A program made the translations under genes and the position numbers. This document shows positions 26,565 through 36,500 of a stretch of 64,000 nucleotides of DNA, in pieces (position 1 is the first letter of the stretch; every line of letters starts with the position of its first letter). The DNA is from an uncultured virus (IMG/VR IMGVR_UViG_3300010885_025158) (lineage: Duplodnaviria; Heunggongvirae; Uroviricota; Caudoviricetes): the IMG/VR virus record IMGVR_UViG_3300010885_025158; one strand, 5' to 3'. The notes below the pieces were generated by a model. The model had not been told where the DNA came from. It searched no databases and worked only from the letters and a program-made list of their open reading frames with translations.

Positions 26565-27174
26565 ATTATTAGACCCCATCAATGATTTAATTACAGATGG
26601 TGGTGACGTACTTTGGAGTTTTGTGCGTGGAGAACAATTAGAGTTTCCTATTACACTAAATTTTGTAGAAGACGCCCTTAGTTGGTATGGAAATGCTAAT
26701 AACAGAGGATATGTTTACGAAGCTGTAGTAGTAGAAGCAAATAATACTGTCGGACAAATCACTACACCAACTACAATTAAACCAAACGGAATTACTAATG
26801 TATTAACTGTTAGGGTGCCCTCACTTATTGGTAACTGGGACGCAGCTTCAGCTTATAATAAAGAAGAAGTAGTCTACTACACTGTAAACGGAAAATACTA
26901 TAAATTATTAACTGGTGCAGCCAGAACAAGCGCAGTAACTCCAGTTTTAGATACTGCATTTTGGGCTGAAACCACAATAAATAAAGTTTACTTACAATTT
27001 CCAAAAACATTGGGCACAACTTGGACTCAAACACCAACTGTAGAAACTCCAGTTTATGGCTTCTTTGAGCTACGTGTAACAGAACCACAAGATGCTACTT
27101 TTATACGCACTTGGAAACCTGTTAGAGGAATGGTAGAGCTTTTATTTAGTCCTACATATAGCTCTAACGATTAA
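26551..27174 (+). CDS. Fibre-anchoring collar protein (BppU/T5 p132-like) with small carbohydrate-binding-like insert
   Basis: FVRGEQLEFPITL...YGFFELRVT..KPVRGMVEL. Insert WDAASAYNKEEVVYY..GKYYK. Confidence 0.5.
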   Translation: MARSRLLDPINDLITDGGDVLWSFVRGEQLEFPITLNFVEDALSWYGNANNRGYVYEAVVVEANNTVGQITTPTTIKPNGITNVLTVRVPSLIGNWDAASAYNKEEVVYYTVNGKYYKLLTGAARTSAVTPVLDTAFWAETTINKVYLQFPKTLGTTWTQTPTVETPVYGFFELRVTEPQDATFIRTWKPVRGMVELLFSPTYSSND

Positions 27175-27182
27175 GGAAAATT

Positions 27183-29264
27183 ATGGCAGATATTAAACAA
27201 ATTTCAGTATCTGCTTCTATTAATACTGCTCAAGATAATAGTAGCACTACAAATATAGTAACAAGCGTATCTACAACTAGTGTATCTACAAGCACTTTAG
27301 CTAGTATTACACCTAATACTCTAACACAAACTGAAAATACAGAGTTAAACGTAGTAGTTACAAATATGGGCGAGGAAAGTATTCCAGAACCCACCTTATT
27401 TAAACGGTTAGACGATACCTTTGGGTACAGCGAGCAATTAATAAAGGTCATAGCTAAAGTACTGGTGGACTTAGCAGGTACACAATATCAAGTTAGCGCA
27501 GCAGTCACAAAAGTATTGGCTGACCCCGCTACAGCCTCAGAAATATTTAGTAGAGTTGTAGAGTACTATAGAACATATACAGATGCTACCACCAATACCG
27601 AACAATTGCAATTAGCCGTTGCAAAAGTATTTGCAGATATTACCGCTAATACTGAAACACTATCAAAAATACTAGATAAAACAGCACAAGATTTAACAAC
27701 TACTAGTGAGCAGCAAGTATTTCAAGCAGATAAAGTATTAGAAGACTGGGTAGACGCCACAGATGACATACTTGGCGAAGCAAACATAGATGATGATGAA
27801 TATGCAGATGTTGGTAAAACTTTATCAGACTACGCAACTACCAACGATCAATTTGACAGAACTGTTACTTTTGACAGACAAGTTGCAGACGCAGATAGCG
27901 TTACAGATTTAGCACAATTTGCAGTTGATGTCAATAAAGTAGATACTGCAACTAATACAGAACAAAGAACACTAGCCGTAGATAAAATAGCACAAGATCA
28001 AGTTGCTACTACTGAACAAGCTTATTTAAACACAAATAAAGTAACACAAGAAACTACAACTACTAGTGAAACTACGCAACTTGCAGCTGATGTTAGCAAA
28101 CTTGATCAAGTAACTACTAATGAAACTAGTAGTAAAGATATTTTTCCGGTTGTGGCGGATCAAGCAGTTACAGCTGAAACATTTGACAGAACCGTTCAGT
28201 TTAATAGAACACTTACAGAGTCTAGTGCTACCACAGAACAAGTGCAAAAATCCGTTGAGCCTGTATTAACGGAAACTATAACTACAAGCGAGCTAACAAC
28301 ACAACTTGTAGATAAGGTCGCACAAGAAAATATAACTACTACTGAACAACAAGTATTTGAAGCAACTAAAGTCTTAGAAGATTTAGTTGATGCCACAGAC
28401 GATGTGCTTGGAGAAGCAAATGTTGATGATGATCAGTATGCTCAAGTAGATAAAACAGTATCCGATTACTTGGCTACAAGTGATCAATTTGATAGAACTG
28501 TTGATTTTAATAGAACAGTTACTGATACTGATACTACTGTAGATTTAGTAACATTTGCAGCTGAAATAGTGCGTCAAGATAACGCAATAACTTCAGAAAC
28601 ATTTGACAGAGTTGTTGGTTTTAATAGAGACTTTACTGATCAAACTATTAACGCAGAACAAGTGCAAAAAGTTGTTGCAACAGTACTTGCAGAAATTACT
28701 GCTATTACAGAAGTTATAACTCAATTAATAGATAAAGCAGCTCAAGATTTAACAACTACTAGTGAATACCAGGTATTTCAAACAAACAAAGTTTTAGAAG
28801 ACTGGGTAGATGCTACAGATGATTTTGATGGTGCCGCCACGATCGAAGACGATCAGTATGCTCAAGTAGATAAAACTCTATCAGACTACGCAACTACTAG
28901 TGATTTAATTAGTACAAGTGCTAGTTATAATAGAACAGTTACTGATACTGATACTACTGTAGATTTAGTAACACTTGCAATTCAACCAGCTTATCAAGAA
29001 ACTGTAAATAGTCAAGAACAACTTGTTAAAGATGTTACAACAACTTTAACAGAATCAAAAATTTTATCTGAGGTATTCGCTGCTGCAACTGACAAAGCAC
29101 TTTCAGATAATACAAACAGTAGCGATACTGTAACTCTTGTTGGAGCACTTTCTAAAACGGAAACTGTTTCAATATCAGAAACAAAAACACTTGCTATGCA
29201 AAGCTACTTCGCTACAGACGATTACGTAGAAGCTGGGTATGTGGGTGAATACTATACTTATTAA
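27183..29264 (+). CDS. Acidic Thr/Asp/Val-rich repetitive protein (stalk/whisker-like)
   Basis: ~15-residue periodicity and three copies of KVLED.VDATDD..G.A..DDD.YA.V.KT.SDY. Confidence 0.6.
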   Translation: MADIKQISVSASINTAQDNSSTTNIVTSVSTTSVSTSTLASITPNTLTQTENTELNVVVTNMGEESIPEPTLFKRLDDTFGYSEQLIKVIAKVLVDLAGTQYQVSAAVTKVLADPATASEIFSRVVEYYRTYTDATTNTEQLQLAVAKVFADITANTETLSKILDKTAQDLTTTSEQQVFQADKVLEDWVDATDDILGEANIDDDEYADVGKTLSDYATTNDQFDRTVTFDRQVADADSVTDLAQFAVDVNKVDTATNTEQRTLAVDKIAQDQVATTEQAYLNTNKVTQETTTTSETTQLAADVSKLDQVTTNETSSKDIFPVVADQAVTAETFDRTVQFNRTLTESSATTEQVQKSVEPVLTETITTSELTTQLVDKVAQENITTTEQQVFEATKVLEDLVDATDDVLGEANVDDDQYAQVDKTVSDYLATSDQFDRTVDFNRTVTDTDTTVDLVTFAAEIVRQDNAITSETFDRVVGFNRDFTDQTINAEQVQKVVATVLAEITAITEVITQLIDKAAQDLTTTSEYQVFQTNKVLEDWVDATDDFDGAATIEDDQYAQVDKTLSDYATTSDLISTSASYNRTVTDTDTTVDLVTLAIQPAYQETVNSQEQLVKDVTTTLTESKILSEVFAAATDKALSDNTNSSDTVTLVGALSKTETVSISETKTLAMQSYFATDDYVEAGYVGEYYTY
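27660..28975 (+). repeat. Three imperfect intragenic repeat units
   Basis: Identical blocks 28508-28553/28928-28973, 28431-28456/28851-28876 and 27687-27709/28743-28765. Confidence 0.85.
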
Positions 29265-29273
29265 GGATTTTAT

Positions 29274-29741
29274 ATGTTATTAGAAAACATCAAAACTAAA
29301 GGTACGTTGACCCTAATTCTAACAGATGAATTCGGCAACGTAAAACAACAAGCAGAAGAAAACTTAGTTGTTTCCACAGGTTTAGCTTATATTGCTAGCC
29401 GTATGAAAGATACTACACTAGCTGCAACAAGCTATATGAGTATTGGTACAGGTTCAGTAGCAGCAGCTGCAGCAAACACACAATTGGGTGCTGAAAGCGC
29501 ACGAGTTACGTTAACTTCTACTACCCTAGTAACAACAACTGTAGCTAACGATGCTATTCAGTATGTTGCATCTTTCCCAGCCGGTACAGGTACTGCAGCA
29601 ATTACTGAGGCGGGTCTACACGCAGGTGCTGCAACCGCAACCGTAAATAGCGGAACACTAGTAGCTCGCACCGTATTCTCAGTAATTAACAAAGGTGCAC
29701 TAGATACCTTGACAATTACTTGGAAAATTACTGTAGCTTAA
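29274..29741 (+). CDS. Fibre attachment/collar-like virion protein
   Basis: NLVVSTGL, YMSIGTG, AITEAGL and LVARTVF resemble phage fibre N-terminal attachment domains. Confidence 0.55.
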   Translation: MLLENIKTKGTLTLILTDEFGNVKQQAEENLVVSTGLAYIASRMKDTTLAATSYMSIGTGSVAAAAANTQLGAESARVTLTSTTLVTTTVANDAIQYVASFPAGTGTAAITEAGLHAGAATATVNSGTLVARTVFSVINKGALDTLTITWKITVA

Positions 29742-29759
29742 TTTTAACAGGGGATACTT

Positions 29760-29981
29760 ATGGCGACTATTATTACACGAGTATTGGGGGTTTCGCCAAA
29801 AAATACTCCCCTTACTAATTCAGAAGTTGATAATAACTTTATTAACTTAAACACAGAACTTGGTGAAAAGTTGGTTAAAACGTCAAATTTAAATGATTTA
29901 AGTAACGTGGCAACCGCAAGAACAAATTTAGACGTATACAGTCAAGCAGAAGCAGTGGGTTTAGCTATTGCTTTAGGATAA
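29760..29981 (+). CDS. Short fibre/adaptor protein
   Basis: PLTNSEVDNNFINLN, NLNDLSNVATARTNL and C-terminal AVGLAIALG. Confidence 0.6.
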   Translation: MATIITRVLGVSPKNTPLTNSEVDNNFINLNTELGEKLVKTSNLNDLSNVATARTNLDVYSQAEAVGLAIALG

Positions 29982-29990
29982 GGATACAAA

Positions 29991-30317
29991 ATGGCTTTCA
30001 AATCAAAAATAACAGCAAATATTGGAATAGATGCCAGTCCTAGTACCATAACTCCTACCATTACTGCAGGTCAGACTGGTACCTTAATCGGTTTATCTAT
30101 TGCCAACACAACTGCTGCAACAATTACCGTTTCAGCACGTTTAGTAAAAAATGGTGGAACATCAGCATTTTTAGTTAAAAGCGCCGCAGTACTTCCTGGC
30201 GGCGCTCTTGCCATTGTAGGCGGCGATCAAAAATTAGTTATTGAAGAAGGTGATTCAGTCACAGCCAGCGCAAGCGCAGCAACTTCAGCAGACGCAATTA
30301 TTTCATACTTAATATAA
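29991..30317 (+). CDS. Small beta-sandwich adaptor protein
   Basis: 108 aa with LIGLSIAN and GGDQKLVIEEGD. Confidence 0.55.
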   Translation: MAFKSKITANIGIDASPSTITPTITAGQTGTLIGLSIANTTAATITVSARLVKNGGTSAFLVKSAAVLPGGALAIVGGDQKLVIEEGDSVTASASAATSADAIISYLI

Positions 30318-30327
30318 GGAGTACACT

Positions 30328-32553
30328 ATGGCAGTCATAGGAAATGCTCCATTTCAGGGCTTAGTCTCTGGTGGTGAGATTTTAGACGGTTCGATTGAAG
30401 GTGTAGACTTAAGTACTAGTGCAATTGCAGCTAGACTTGGTTATACTCCTGTCAATCCAGGTGCGGCAGCTATTACAGCTGGTTCAATTAATAACACTAC
30501 AATAGGTGCCACCACAGTTTCTACAGGTGCGTTCACAACCTTAACAAGCAATGCTGCAGTAACTTTCACTGCAGGCACTGCTTCTACTACTACCGGGACA
30601 GGAACACTTGTAATCACAGGTGGTTTAGGGGTAAGCGGAAGAATTAACGCAGCCAACTTTGACGGTATTGTTGGTGCTAATACGGCGGCGGCTGGTTCGT
30701 TTACTACGCTGAGTGCTACGAGTGCAACTACTATTACAGCCCAACTTACAGCATCGACTGGTGATGGAACATACCCAATAATCAGCAAAGATACCAGAGC
30801 ATTTAGTGCGGGTGTTACCGGCCCACAGTTAGGGTTTTTTGGGCTGGATTCAACCTCAACAAATAATTCACTTGGTGCAATTCGTGCGCTTGCACAAACC
30901 AGTCAAAACGGAACACTAGAGGCACGAGTTTTATCAAACGGTTCCATAACCACTATCGGCACATTCTCCTCCACTGGCCTTGCAGTCACTGGAACGCTGA
31001 GTGCTACGAATACGATTACTCAAACAGGGTCAAGCGGCACATTAGCATTTAACCAAAATCAAACTATCACTGGGGCAATAGTAAATACAAAAACAGCGGT
31101 AGGGGCAAATTCCCTTGGAGCCTACGATCAATTTGCTACAAAAGACAATACTGGAGCGACAAATACATGGGCTGTTGGTGTAAATGTTAATTCAGCCAAT
31201 AGCAGTTGGGAACTCTATAACGGCGGCACAAAATTTTTAATAACTCAAGCTGGCAGTGTTAGTATTGGGGGACATTCGCCTAACGCACGACTAGATGTGC
31301 GGGGTGATACTGGTTCTAGCGTAAATGCAATTATGAGAATAAGAGGCACAAACACTACCTCAAGAACAACTAGGTTGCAGTTTGAAGATTATTTGGGAAC
31401 ACTAGCAGATGCTACGATCGATTTTAAAATACCAACAGCAAGTTCTGCCGCTTCAGCCCTATTGCAAATGGGTATTAACGGCGCTGCTGCACTTGCTATA
31501 GACGTTAATTCTAACGTAGGTGTTGGGACTACTGCCCCACAAAACAGATTACAAGTAGTGACCACAACAAGGCCTCAATTTTCTGTAAGTTATGACGGCA
31601 CAACAGGTTTGTATCTTGAAGATTCAAGTAACTCAGTTGGTAAAAGTTGGAAAATTGCTACTTCTACAGCGGTGGCAAGCGCATTAGAATTTTATCAATC
31701 AACTGCAACAAGCGGTGTTCCTGTTTGGTCAGCATCAGCGGCAATGACCCTTGATGCAAGCGGTAGGTTGTTAATTGGAACAACTACTCCTACACAAACT
31801 TCTAACTTACTGGAAGTAAATAAAAGTCAAGGTGGTCAAACTGGTGCCCATGTTGTTAATACTTCAACCAGTAGTGCTTATGCTGAAGCCGTACTTACTA
31901 CGTCTGCATATAATACAGGATTACTCATAGGATCTGTTGGAGGAAACGTTACCACATTCGGAATTGCAACTATTGCAGGAGTAGCACCGGCTGGCGTTAG
32001 TTATATAATGCAGTTTAGTGCGTATCCAATGGTTATCAATCATTATGCGGCACAACCAATTGTATTTGGTACCGGCAATGCAAACCGCCTGACCATTGGC
32101 TCCACTGGTAACATTGGTATTGCTACCACAGCTGTCTACAACAGCGCAAAACTTTCTATTGCTGGTGACCTTGAGGCTCGTGGCAACATGAAGTCTTATA
32201 ACGGAAGTAGAGGAGGTTTAGCAATTGGAGCATCGGTAAACTTATTTACTATAAATACTGGCTCTTATGGTACGGCTGTTAGCATGATTGCCTACGTTCA
32301 GCAACGAGACGATAACGTTGGTGCTTTAAGTAACTATCAATACAGCATCACTGGCTGGGGTGGCTCTGGCGTAACCGTCAATGTTGCCAGCTCTCAAAAT
32401 TACGGTGTTGCTTCTGCACTTACTGTAACTACCTCAGGTTCTAGCGGCGGTGCAGTCGTCACCCTCACAAATGCTTCAGGAAGAGCAAGCACCTCAGTGG
32501 CTGTGGTAGCCATCGTGCTGATTGGATATGAGTCAGTTAACTGGGGCTTCTAA
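30328..32553 (+). CDS. Tail fibre/receptor-binding protein
   Basis: Repeated G(N/R)V(G/L)(I/V)GTT.P fibre motifs, Gly/Thr/Ser-rich. Confidence 0.75.
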   Translation: MAVIGNAPFQGLVSGGEILDGSIEGVDLSTSAIAARLGYTPVNPGAAAITAGSINNTTIGATTVSTGAFTTLTSNAAVTFTAGTASTTTGTGTLVITGGLGVSGRINAANFDGIVGANTAAAGSFTTLSATSATTITAQLTASTGDGTYPIISKDTRAFSAGVTGPQLGFFGLDSTSTNNSLGAIRALAQTSQNGTLEARVLSNGSITTIGTFSSTGLAVTGTLSATNTITQTGSSGTLAFNQNQTITGAIVNTKTAVGANSLGAYDQFATKDNTGATNTWAVGVNVNSANSSWELYNGGTKFLITQAGSVSIGGHSPNARLDVRGDTGSSVNAIMRIRGTNTTSRTTRLQFEDYLGTLADATIDFKIPTASSAASALLQMGINGAAALAIDVNSNVGVGTTAPQNRLQVVTTTRPQFSVSYDGTTGLYLEDSSNSVGKSWKIATSTAVASALEFYQSTATSGVPVWSASAAMTLDASGRLLIGTTTPTQTSNLLEVNKSQGGQTGAHVVNTSTSSAYAEAVLTTSAYNTGLLIGSVGGNVTTFGIATIAGVAPAGVSYIMQFSAYPMVINHYAAQPIVFGTGNANRLTIGSTGNIGIATTAVYNSAKLSIAGDLEARGNMKSYNGSRGGLAIGASVNLFTINTGSYGTAVSMIAYVQQRDDNVGALSNYQYSITGWGGSGVTVNVASSQNYGVASALTVTTSGSSGGAVVTLTNASGRASTSVAVVAIVLIGYESVNWGF

Positions 32554-32569
32554 TTTTTAAAGGAAAATC

Positions 32570-32902
32570 ATGACAACATGGACAATTGAACAACTGGAAC
32601 GTGAAACTCAGACTGGTTTAGTAACTCAAGTGCACTGGCGTGCAACTGCCACAGACACAGTTGGAACTGGCGACGATACAAAAAACTACTCAGCTACCGC
32701 ATACGGCTCACTAGGCTTAACAGCTGGCGATACCGTAATCCCATTTGCTGACTTAACCAAAGATGTGGTAGTTGGCTGGGTAAAAGATAAACTGGGCACA
32801 GAAGCTGTCACAACTACAGAAGCCAGCCTAGCCCAACAGCTTGCAGACCTAAAAGCACCAAAATCTACAGCAGGCTTTCCAACCAGTTGGACTGCAGTTT
32901 AA
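32570..32902 (+). CDS. Fibre-associated chaperone-like protein
   Basis: TWTIEQLER, VHWR and IPFADLTKDVVVGWVK. Follows a fibre gene. Confidence 0.55.
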   Translation: MTTWTIEQLERETQTGLVTQVHWRATATDTVGTGDDTKNYSATAYGSLGLTAGDTVIPFADLTKDVVVGWVKDKLGTEAVTTTEASLAQQLADLKAPKSTAGFPTSWTAV

Positions 32903-32920
32903 TATACCGGAGAACAACCC

Positions 32921-33337
32921 ATGAGTAAAGCATTAGAATTAGCCAAGTTTGGTAGGGAAACTATTCCTGCTGGTGCGGTCGTGGGTGACTCTGACACGCA
33001 AACTTTAAGCAATAAGCGTATTACGCCAAGAATTTTAGCAAGCACTAGTAATAGTGCTACACCTACATTAAATACCGATAGTTATGACATAATGGTCATT
33101 ACTAACCAAACTGTTGCTATTACGTCATTTACTACTAATTTGACGGGTACGCCAACAAACGGACAAAAACTTTGGATTTCAATTACTGGTACTGCTGCTG
33201 TTGCTATAACGTGGGGTGCTTCATTTGAAGCATCTACAACAGCATTACCAACTACCACAGTTACTACTGCACGTTTAGATGTAGGGTTTGTGTGGAATTC
33301 AACAACTACAAAATGGCGTTGCGTGGCAGCGGCATAA
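32921..33337 (+). CDS. Short fibre/adaptor protein
   Basis: MSKALELA, TQTLSNKRI and C-terminal KWRCVAAA. Confidence 0.55.
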   Translation: MSKALELAKFGRETIPAGAVVGDSDTQTLSNKRITPRILASTSNSATPTLNTDSYDIMVITNQTVAITSFTTNLTGTPTNGQKLWISITGTAAVAITWGASFEASTTALPTTTVTTARLDVGFVWNSTTTKWRCVAAA

Positions 33338-33348
33338 GGAAAAAAAGC

Positions 33349-33564
33349 ATGAAAATAGACTTTGAATTTGACTCAACTTACGGCGTATTTCGTGACGCCT
33401 TACACTTACCAGACAATCATACGTTTACAGATACAGAAATTAGCACAATGAAGCAACAACGTTTTGATAACTGGATTGCAGTAGTTACGGCTCCGCCACC
33501 AAATTACGTGCTAGATGCTGATGGAAATGTGGTGTTAGATGAAAACGGTAATCCTATAATTTAG
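33349..33564 (+). CDS. Small fibre-associated protein
   Basis: AAGGA RBS before ATG 33349. KIDFEF..YGVFRDALHL..KQQRFDNW. Confidence 0.55.
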   Translation: MKIDFEFDSTYGVFRDALHLPDNHTFTDTEISTMKQQRFDNWIAVVTAPPPNYVLDADGNVVLDENGNPII

Positions 33565-33573
33565 GAGTAACAT

Positions 33574-36500
33574 ATGGCCAATAGATATTGGGTAGGTGGC
33601 ACAGGTGCGTGGAGTAGTACAAGCACCGCAAACTGGTCTGCGGCGACTGGCTTGTCTTTTACCGCCAGCCGTACTGGTACTACTTTAACCACTGTTGGTT
33701 CGCCTGCACTTGCGGTTGGTATGACTGTTTGGGGTTCAACTGGCACTAATCTTGGAACAATAAGCAGTGGCAGTGTTAATACGTGGACTATGAACACAAG
33801 TGGAACTGTGTCATCTCAAAGCATGAGTGCGGCGACTATTGGTGCATCTGTACCGACCGCGGCAGATTCTGTATTTTTTGATGCCAATTCAAATAGCAGT
33901 ACTACGGCATTTACAGTAACAATGTCTGTAACGCCAAGGGTCTGTAATGACTTCACAGCGTCAGGTCTCGATGGGGTTATGACCCTTGCGGGTTCAGCTA
34001 TTGGCTTGACAGTATCAGGCAGTCTTACATTTCACGCCACAAACTTTAGCCGCACCTATACGGGTACAACAACATTTAATGCCACGACAACAGGAAAAAC
34101 TGTAACCACTAATGGTGTTGCTTTTGGTTCGGTGGTTACGTTTGATGGTGTTGGCGGTGCATGGACTTTAGGTTCTGCGTTTAATTGCGGCACTAGCGAC
34201 TTAACAGTTACCAACGGCACATTTGATACTTCAGCAAGTAATTATTCTGTAACTGCTGGCCGTTTATTTTCAAACAACGCAAACGTCAGAACGATAAATT
34301 TGAACGGATCAACTGTTGCTGTATCTAGTTCTAGCCCTGTCACATTTACTACAACAAACCTTACATTTAACGTAGGAACATCAACACTTAATTGTTCTAA
34401 CGTATTTCCAACATTTTCTGGTAGCGGGCTAACTTATTACAACGTATCTTTTACATCTACAACAGCATTACCAATAATCACAGGCGCAAACACATTTAAT
34501 AATTTAACTTTTGCGGGTAGAACTACTGTTGGTGTCGGCGCAGTAAGTATTTATGCAAACCAGACAATTAACGGGACGTTTACAGTAAGTGCGGGTACTG
34601 CTTCTGCATACCGCATACAAATTAACTCTGACACTTTTGGCACAATACGCACATTAACTTGTGCGGCAGTATCTTTAACTGATGTTGATTTTAGGGATAT
34701 AACTATTGCAGGGGCGGCGGCCCCTGCTACTGGAACAAGAATTGGAGATGGCAAAGGCAATAGTGGAATTACATTTCCTGCGGCTAAGACTGTTTACTAT
34801 CGTGCACTTGTTTCTGCGGGTTGGGGTGGTACTGGTGGTGGTCTTTGGTCTGCTACATCAGGCGGTGCAGTAGACGGAACCATGTTCCCATTAGCACAAG
34901 ACACTGCTGTATTTCCTGCGGATACATATCCTGCAAGTGGTTCAACGACAACTATCAATGATAATTACTACATTGGCACAATAGATATGTCGTTAAGAAC
35001 GTCAAATACCATGACGTTAGCAACAGGCACAACTGCACCATTTATTTACGGTAGTTGGATAAATGGTACGGGTATAACAATATCTGGAACAGGAATACTT
35101 ACATTTGCAGGGCGCACTACACAACAAATTACAAGTGCGGGTATAACATTTACTCAGCCTATAACGATTAATAGTTCAGGTGGTTCGGTTACTTTACAAG
35201 ATGCATTAAATATTGGCACTAACAACCTGTTAATTCCACGGGGCACTTTTGATACATCGTCATCTGGAAATTATGCTGTAACTGCTGCTTCTTTGCAGCT
35301 GAATCAAACCAATCCAAGAGGCGCTAATTTAAACGCATCTACTATTACGTTAAGCTCACAGTATCCAATTAGTATTCCTTCTACACTTGGTGGTTTAACA
35401 TGGAATGCAGGAACATCAACCATAAATTGTACATCTCCAATAGTAGGTTGGTTCCCCGGTTCTACACAAACTTATTACAACGTAGCATTTACATCTACTG
35501 CACTAACCACTCCGCAATTGGGTGTAACTGCATCTGATGCAAGCATATTTAATAATTTAACAATTACTGGTAGAGCTACTATTGGCATAGGTGTTTTATC
35601 CGTTGCTTCAAATCATACAATTAACGGAACATTTACAGTAAATGCTGGCGCGGTGGCATCATGCCGCATAGCCGTTTTCTCTAGCACTTTTAACACTACA
35701 CGCACATTAACTTGTGCGGCTGTATCTTTAGCGGATGTTGATTTTAGAGATATAACCATTGCAGGGGCGGCATCTCCTGCGTCAGGAACTCGACTAGGTG
35801 ATTGCAAAGGCAATAGTGGAATTACATTTCCTGCGGCTAAGACTGTGTTTTATGGGGAAACTGGGTCTAGCAGTTGGGGTACTGGAGGCATTGGTTCTTG
35901 GTCTGCTACGTCTGGTGGGGGTAGAGATTCAACGCAGTTCCCATTAGCACAAGATACTGCTGTATTTCCTGCGGCAACTTATCCTGCCTCTGGTTCAACG
36001 ACAACTATTAACGCTGAGTACAACATTGGCACAATAGATATGTCGTTGAGAACGTCAGACACGATGACGTTGGCAACAGGTGGAAATTCACTATCAGTTT
36101 ATGGTAATTGGATAAATGGAACTGGGATTACATTAACTGGTACAGGTCGAATAACATATTCGGGACGAACTACACAAACAATTACAAGTTCGGCTAAGAC
36201 TTTTACACAGCCTTTTAGTGTTACCTCTCCAAGTGGTTCAGTTGTTTTGCAAGATGCGTTTACAACAAGTTCAACCCTTGCAACAAATTTAAACTATGGA
36301 ACTTTAGACCTTCAGTCATACACATTAACTACAAGTTTATTTAGTTCAGCTAACTCCAACACTAGAACCATTGCTTTTGGTACAGGTCAAATATCTTGTA
36401 CTGCTACAGGTACTCCGTGGGATACGCAAACAGTTACAGGACTTACTACAACAGGAACACAGGTAGTTAACATAACATATACAGGCTCTACTACTATTAC

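Noticed and set aside
27183..29264. CRISPR-like array
   Set aside because: Repeats are in-frame, degenerate and inside an ORF, with no constant repeat/unique spacer pattern.
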